This document shows, in pieces, positions 61,683-64,000 of a DNA stretch of 64,000 bases. The stretch is taken from assembly GCF_006345805.1 (NCBI RefSeq), contig NC_043000.1, positions 63,426,001-63,490,000 of the forward strand, written 5' to 3'. Numbering within the stretch: the stretch's first letter is position 1; the number at the start of each line of letters is the position of its first letter. The notes beneath the pieces were generated by a model. That model was given only the letters and a program-made list of their open reading frames with translations. It did not search any database and was not told the origin of the DNA. The translations under genes and the position numbers were made by a program. The stretch is from Octopus sinensis (lineage: Eukaryota).

Positions 61683-62760
61683 TATATATATACATACATA
61701 TATATATATATGTACACATACATACGTGTGTGTGTATGTGTGTGTGTGTGTATGTGTGTGTATACACACGCATACATATACACATATACTTACACACATA
61801 CATGACAGGATGATCACGGCTGGAATACCTTTAATCATAGATTTTCTCTATCATGACAGAGCTGGAGGCTAAACAATAGCATGAAGGACGATTACTGGAG
61901 TTATGTCACTAGTTTTAATTCTTAGAAATGAAGCTAACCTATTCCGATTACAACTAATTCTCAAGATGCCATTTTCATAACATCTTCTCCACTAAATAAA
62001 CAAAAAACTTCTCTCCACTTGATATTTAATATTTGCTTGAAGACAAACAGACAAGAACAAAATGGTGTCGAGAAGGTTGGCCTTAAAGTTGTAAAGTGGT
62101 GTGATTATAATAGTGGTGTTTGTAGCGACAATTACGGTGATGATGTCGATGAGGAAGAAGGGGAGGAGAAAGAGGATGAAGACTAGGTGTAGTAGGAGGA
62201 GGAAGTTTAGTAGCAAGAGATGGATTTGGACGGGGAAGAGTAGAGGAGGTGGAATAAGAGAAGGCGGAATAGGAAGTGGACTAGGAAGAGGTAGACTAGG
62301 AGAGGTGGAGTAGAAGGAAGAGAAAATTTTTCTTGGCAATGGTGATGGCGGTGGTGCTGGTGAAAATATTTTCAGGTATGCTGTTATAAAAAAAGGATGT
62401 AAATATTTCTAACTGCTCTCTAAGGAAACTCATAAAAAGAAACAATGCTTCTAGTCGCATTTAAATGGTTAAAATTGATCAAAAATGAATTTTCTCTTGA
62501 ACAAGTTGCTATTGTATCACAGGTAACATTATTCGATTTGGCATACATTCTAACTGCTAGATAAAACGCGGCTTGTGGAATAAACTGTCCAGCAGTGACT
62601 CGCCAAAACATTTTATCCACTCGGCCATTACAAGACTTTCTTTTACCTTAGGCTTAAGTTCTATAATAAAACTCCCTTTTACCCTACGCATAAGTTATCC
62701 TCCTCCTACTCCTATTCTTACTCTTCCTCATCCTCCCCTTTCTCCTCCTCCTTCTTCTTA

Positions 62761-62821
<61 letters not shown>

Positions 62822-62960
62822 GTTTTTTCCTTCTTTCTTCAAATTTTCTTCCGGTTCTCGCCGAGTGTTTTCCATACACCTAGGGCAGAGAAGCTCATTG
62901 TATTATTATTATTTTTTTTTTTTTCTTCTTTCAAATTTGCTTCCATTTCTTGCCGAGTGT

Positions 62961-63147
62961 CTTCCCGACTCCTAGGGCAAATCTTCCCGACTCCTAGGGC
63001 AAATCTTCCCGACTCCTAGGGCAAATCTTCCCGACTCCTAGGGCAAATCTTCCCGACTCCTAGGGCAAAACTTCCCGACTCCTAGGGCAAATCTTCCCGA
63101 CTCCTAGGGCAAATCTTCCCGACTCCTAGGGCAAACCTTCCCGACTC
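62961..63147 (+). repeat. 22-bp minisatellite CTTCCCGACTCCTAGGGCAAAT x8.5
   Basis: Units counted; only the last base varies. Confidence 0.97.
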
Positions 63148-63171
<24 letters not shown>

Positions 63172-63178
<7 letters not shown>

Positions 63179-63390
63179 CCCGCCTTCGCTAAGGCGATTG
63201 TATTGTTTTCTGTCGGGTTTGTTTGTTTGTTTATTTGTTTGTCCGTGGACAAGATATCTCAAGAACCGCTAGATGGATTCGGATGAAACTTTCAAGGATG
63301 TTTGGCCTTGTAGCTGGCACGAACTGATTTGATTTTGGGATCGATTCGGTACCGGACAAGTATTCTGGATTATTTGCTATATTTACTTTA
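63172..63390 (+). mobile_element. Helentron-associated (HINE/DINE-1-like) non-autonomous element, 5' part
   Basis: TATTACCCCGCC start, hairpin CGCCTT-CGCT-AAGGCG, (TTTG)n, and core GTCCGTGGACAAGATATCTCAAGAACCGCTAGATGGATTCGGATGAAACTT. Confidence 0.6.
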
Positions 63391-63766
63391 CATGAAGTAA
63401 TACGATCTTACGTTGACTTTCAAGTCTTTCTCTGATTATCTCTCTTGAAAGCATACTCATGGTTTCCACGTAAGTTATGGCGGCGTTGCTGCTCCAAAGT
63501 TTTATTTTCGTTTCTCTGTTATTAATTTTACTAGCTTCTCAATCTTAATAGAAGCTGATGGATGAAGAAATCAAACTGCATCAACAAATGGCAGCAAGAC
63601 CGTTCAGAAACTAAATAACACTGACATCTTCAGTAACAATAGTAAATTTAATTTATCCTTTATAATTTTTAGTTTTACCGATTATGAATATATCGCTCTT
63701 GTTTAAAACCTCTTACCTACTTGACAATTGCATTTCTAGCCCTGCCTTGAAGGAAGATTTACTTTT

Positions 63767-64000
63767 TGGACTCACGTTTTTGTGCGCAACAATGTTGTTA
63801 AACTTCCGTTAACAGCACCGTATGCAGGTCCATTCCGTTTTCTTTCACGCACGGATACATTTTTCACTATAGCCCTTAATGGTCGTTAAGACACTATATC
63901 AGTGGATAGACTAAAAAAAGCCTTCATAGAGAAAACTGTCCCTGTTCCCACTGCAGACGGCACACACACAGCATTACAAACACCCACCTTCAAATTCCAT
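63767..64000 (+). pseudogene. Ty3/Gypsy integrase C-terminal remnant (GPF motif)
   Basis: WTHVFVRNNVVKLPLTAPYAGPFRFLSRTDTFFTIALNGR*DTISVDRLKKAF; runs off the end of the window. Confidence 0.85.

Noticed and set aside
62961-63147. CRISPR-like array
   Set aside because: The repeats are contiguous with no unique spacers, and the DNA is eukaryotic. The same applies to 11890-11985.

Overview
This is a eukaryotic, AT-rich window dense in repeats and microsatellites. The SINE families and the (TA)n/(TATG)n/(CA)n landscape point to an octopus (coleoid cephalopod) genome; that is an inference, with no database check. I cannot confidently identify any host protein-coding gene. There are only a few weak exon candidates, and most listed ORFs are microsatellite artefacts. 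The identifiable content is mobile DNA: (1) a Penelope-like (probably Naiad-type) retroelement remnant flanked by inverted hammerhead-ribozyme (HHR) repeats, plus at least five more HHR motifs from other families; (2) two near-full-length irritans-type DD34D mariners, one nested in a MITE, and three mariner remnants; (3) a full-length but frameshifted DD34E Tc1; (4) a hAT transposase remnant and several hAT, mariner and pogo MITEs; (5) CR1-like, RTE and Gypsy fragments and a Helentron/HINE-like element; (6) three modular tRNA-derived SINE families, labelled A, B and C here. The most interesting signals are the ribozyme structures (including a perfect 76-bp palindrome carrying two back-to-back minimal HHRs), a SINE/LINE pair whose shared 3' tail keeps a hairpin of different sequence, a MITE resembling the mammalian Tigger-derived MER46C, and a hAT MITE carrying an NRF1-ETS-NRF1-YY1 promoter-like cassette. 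All alignments were done by eye, so boundaries are approximate unless a TSD or TIR is quoted.
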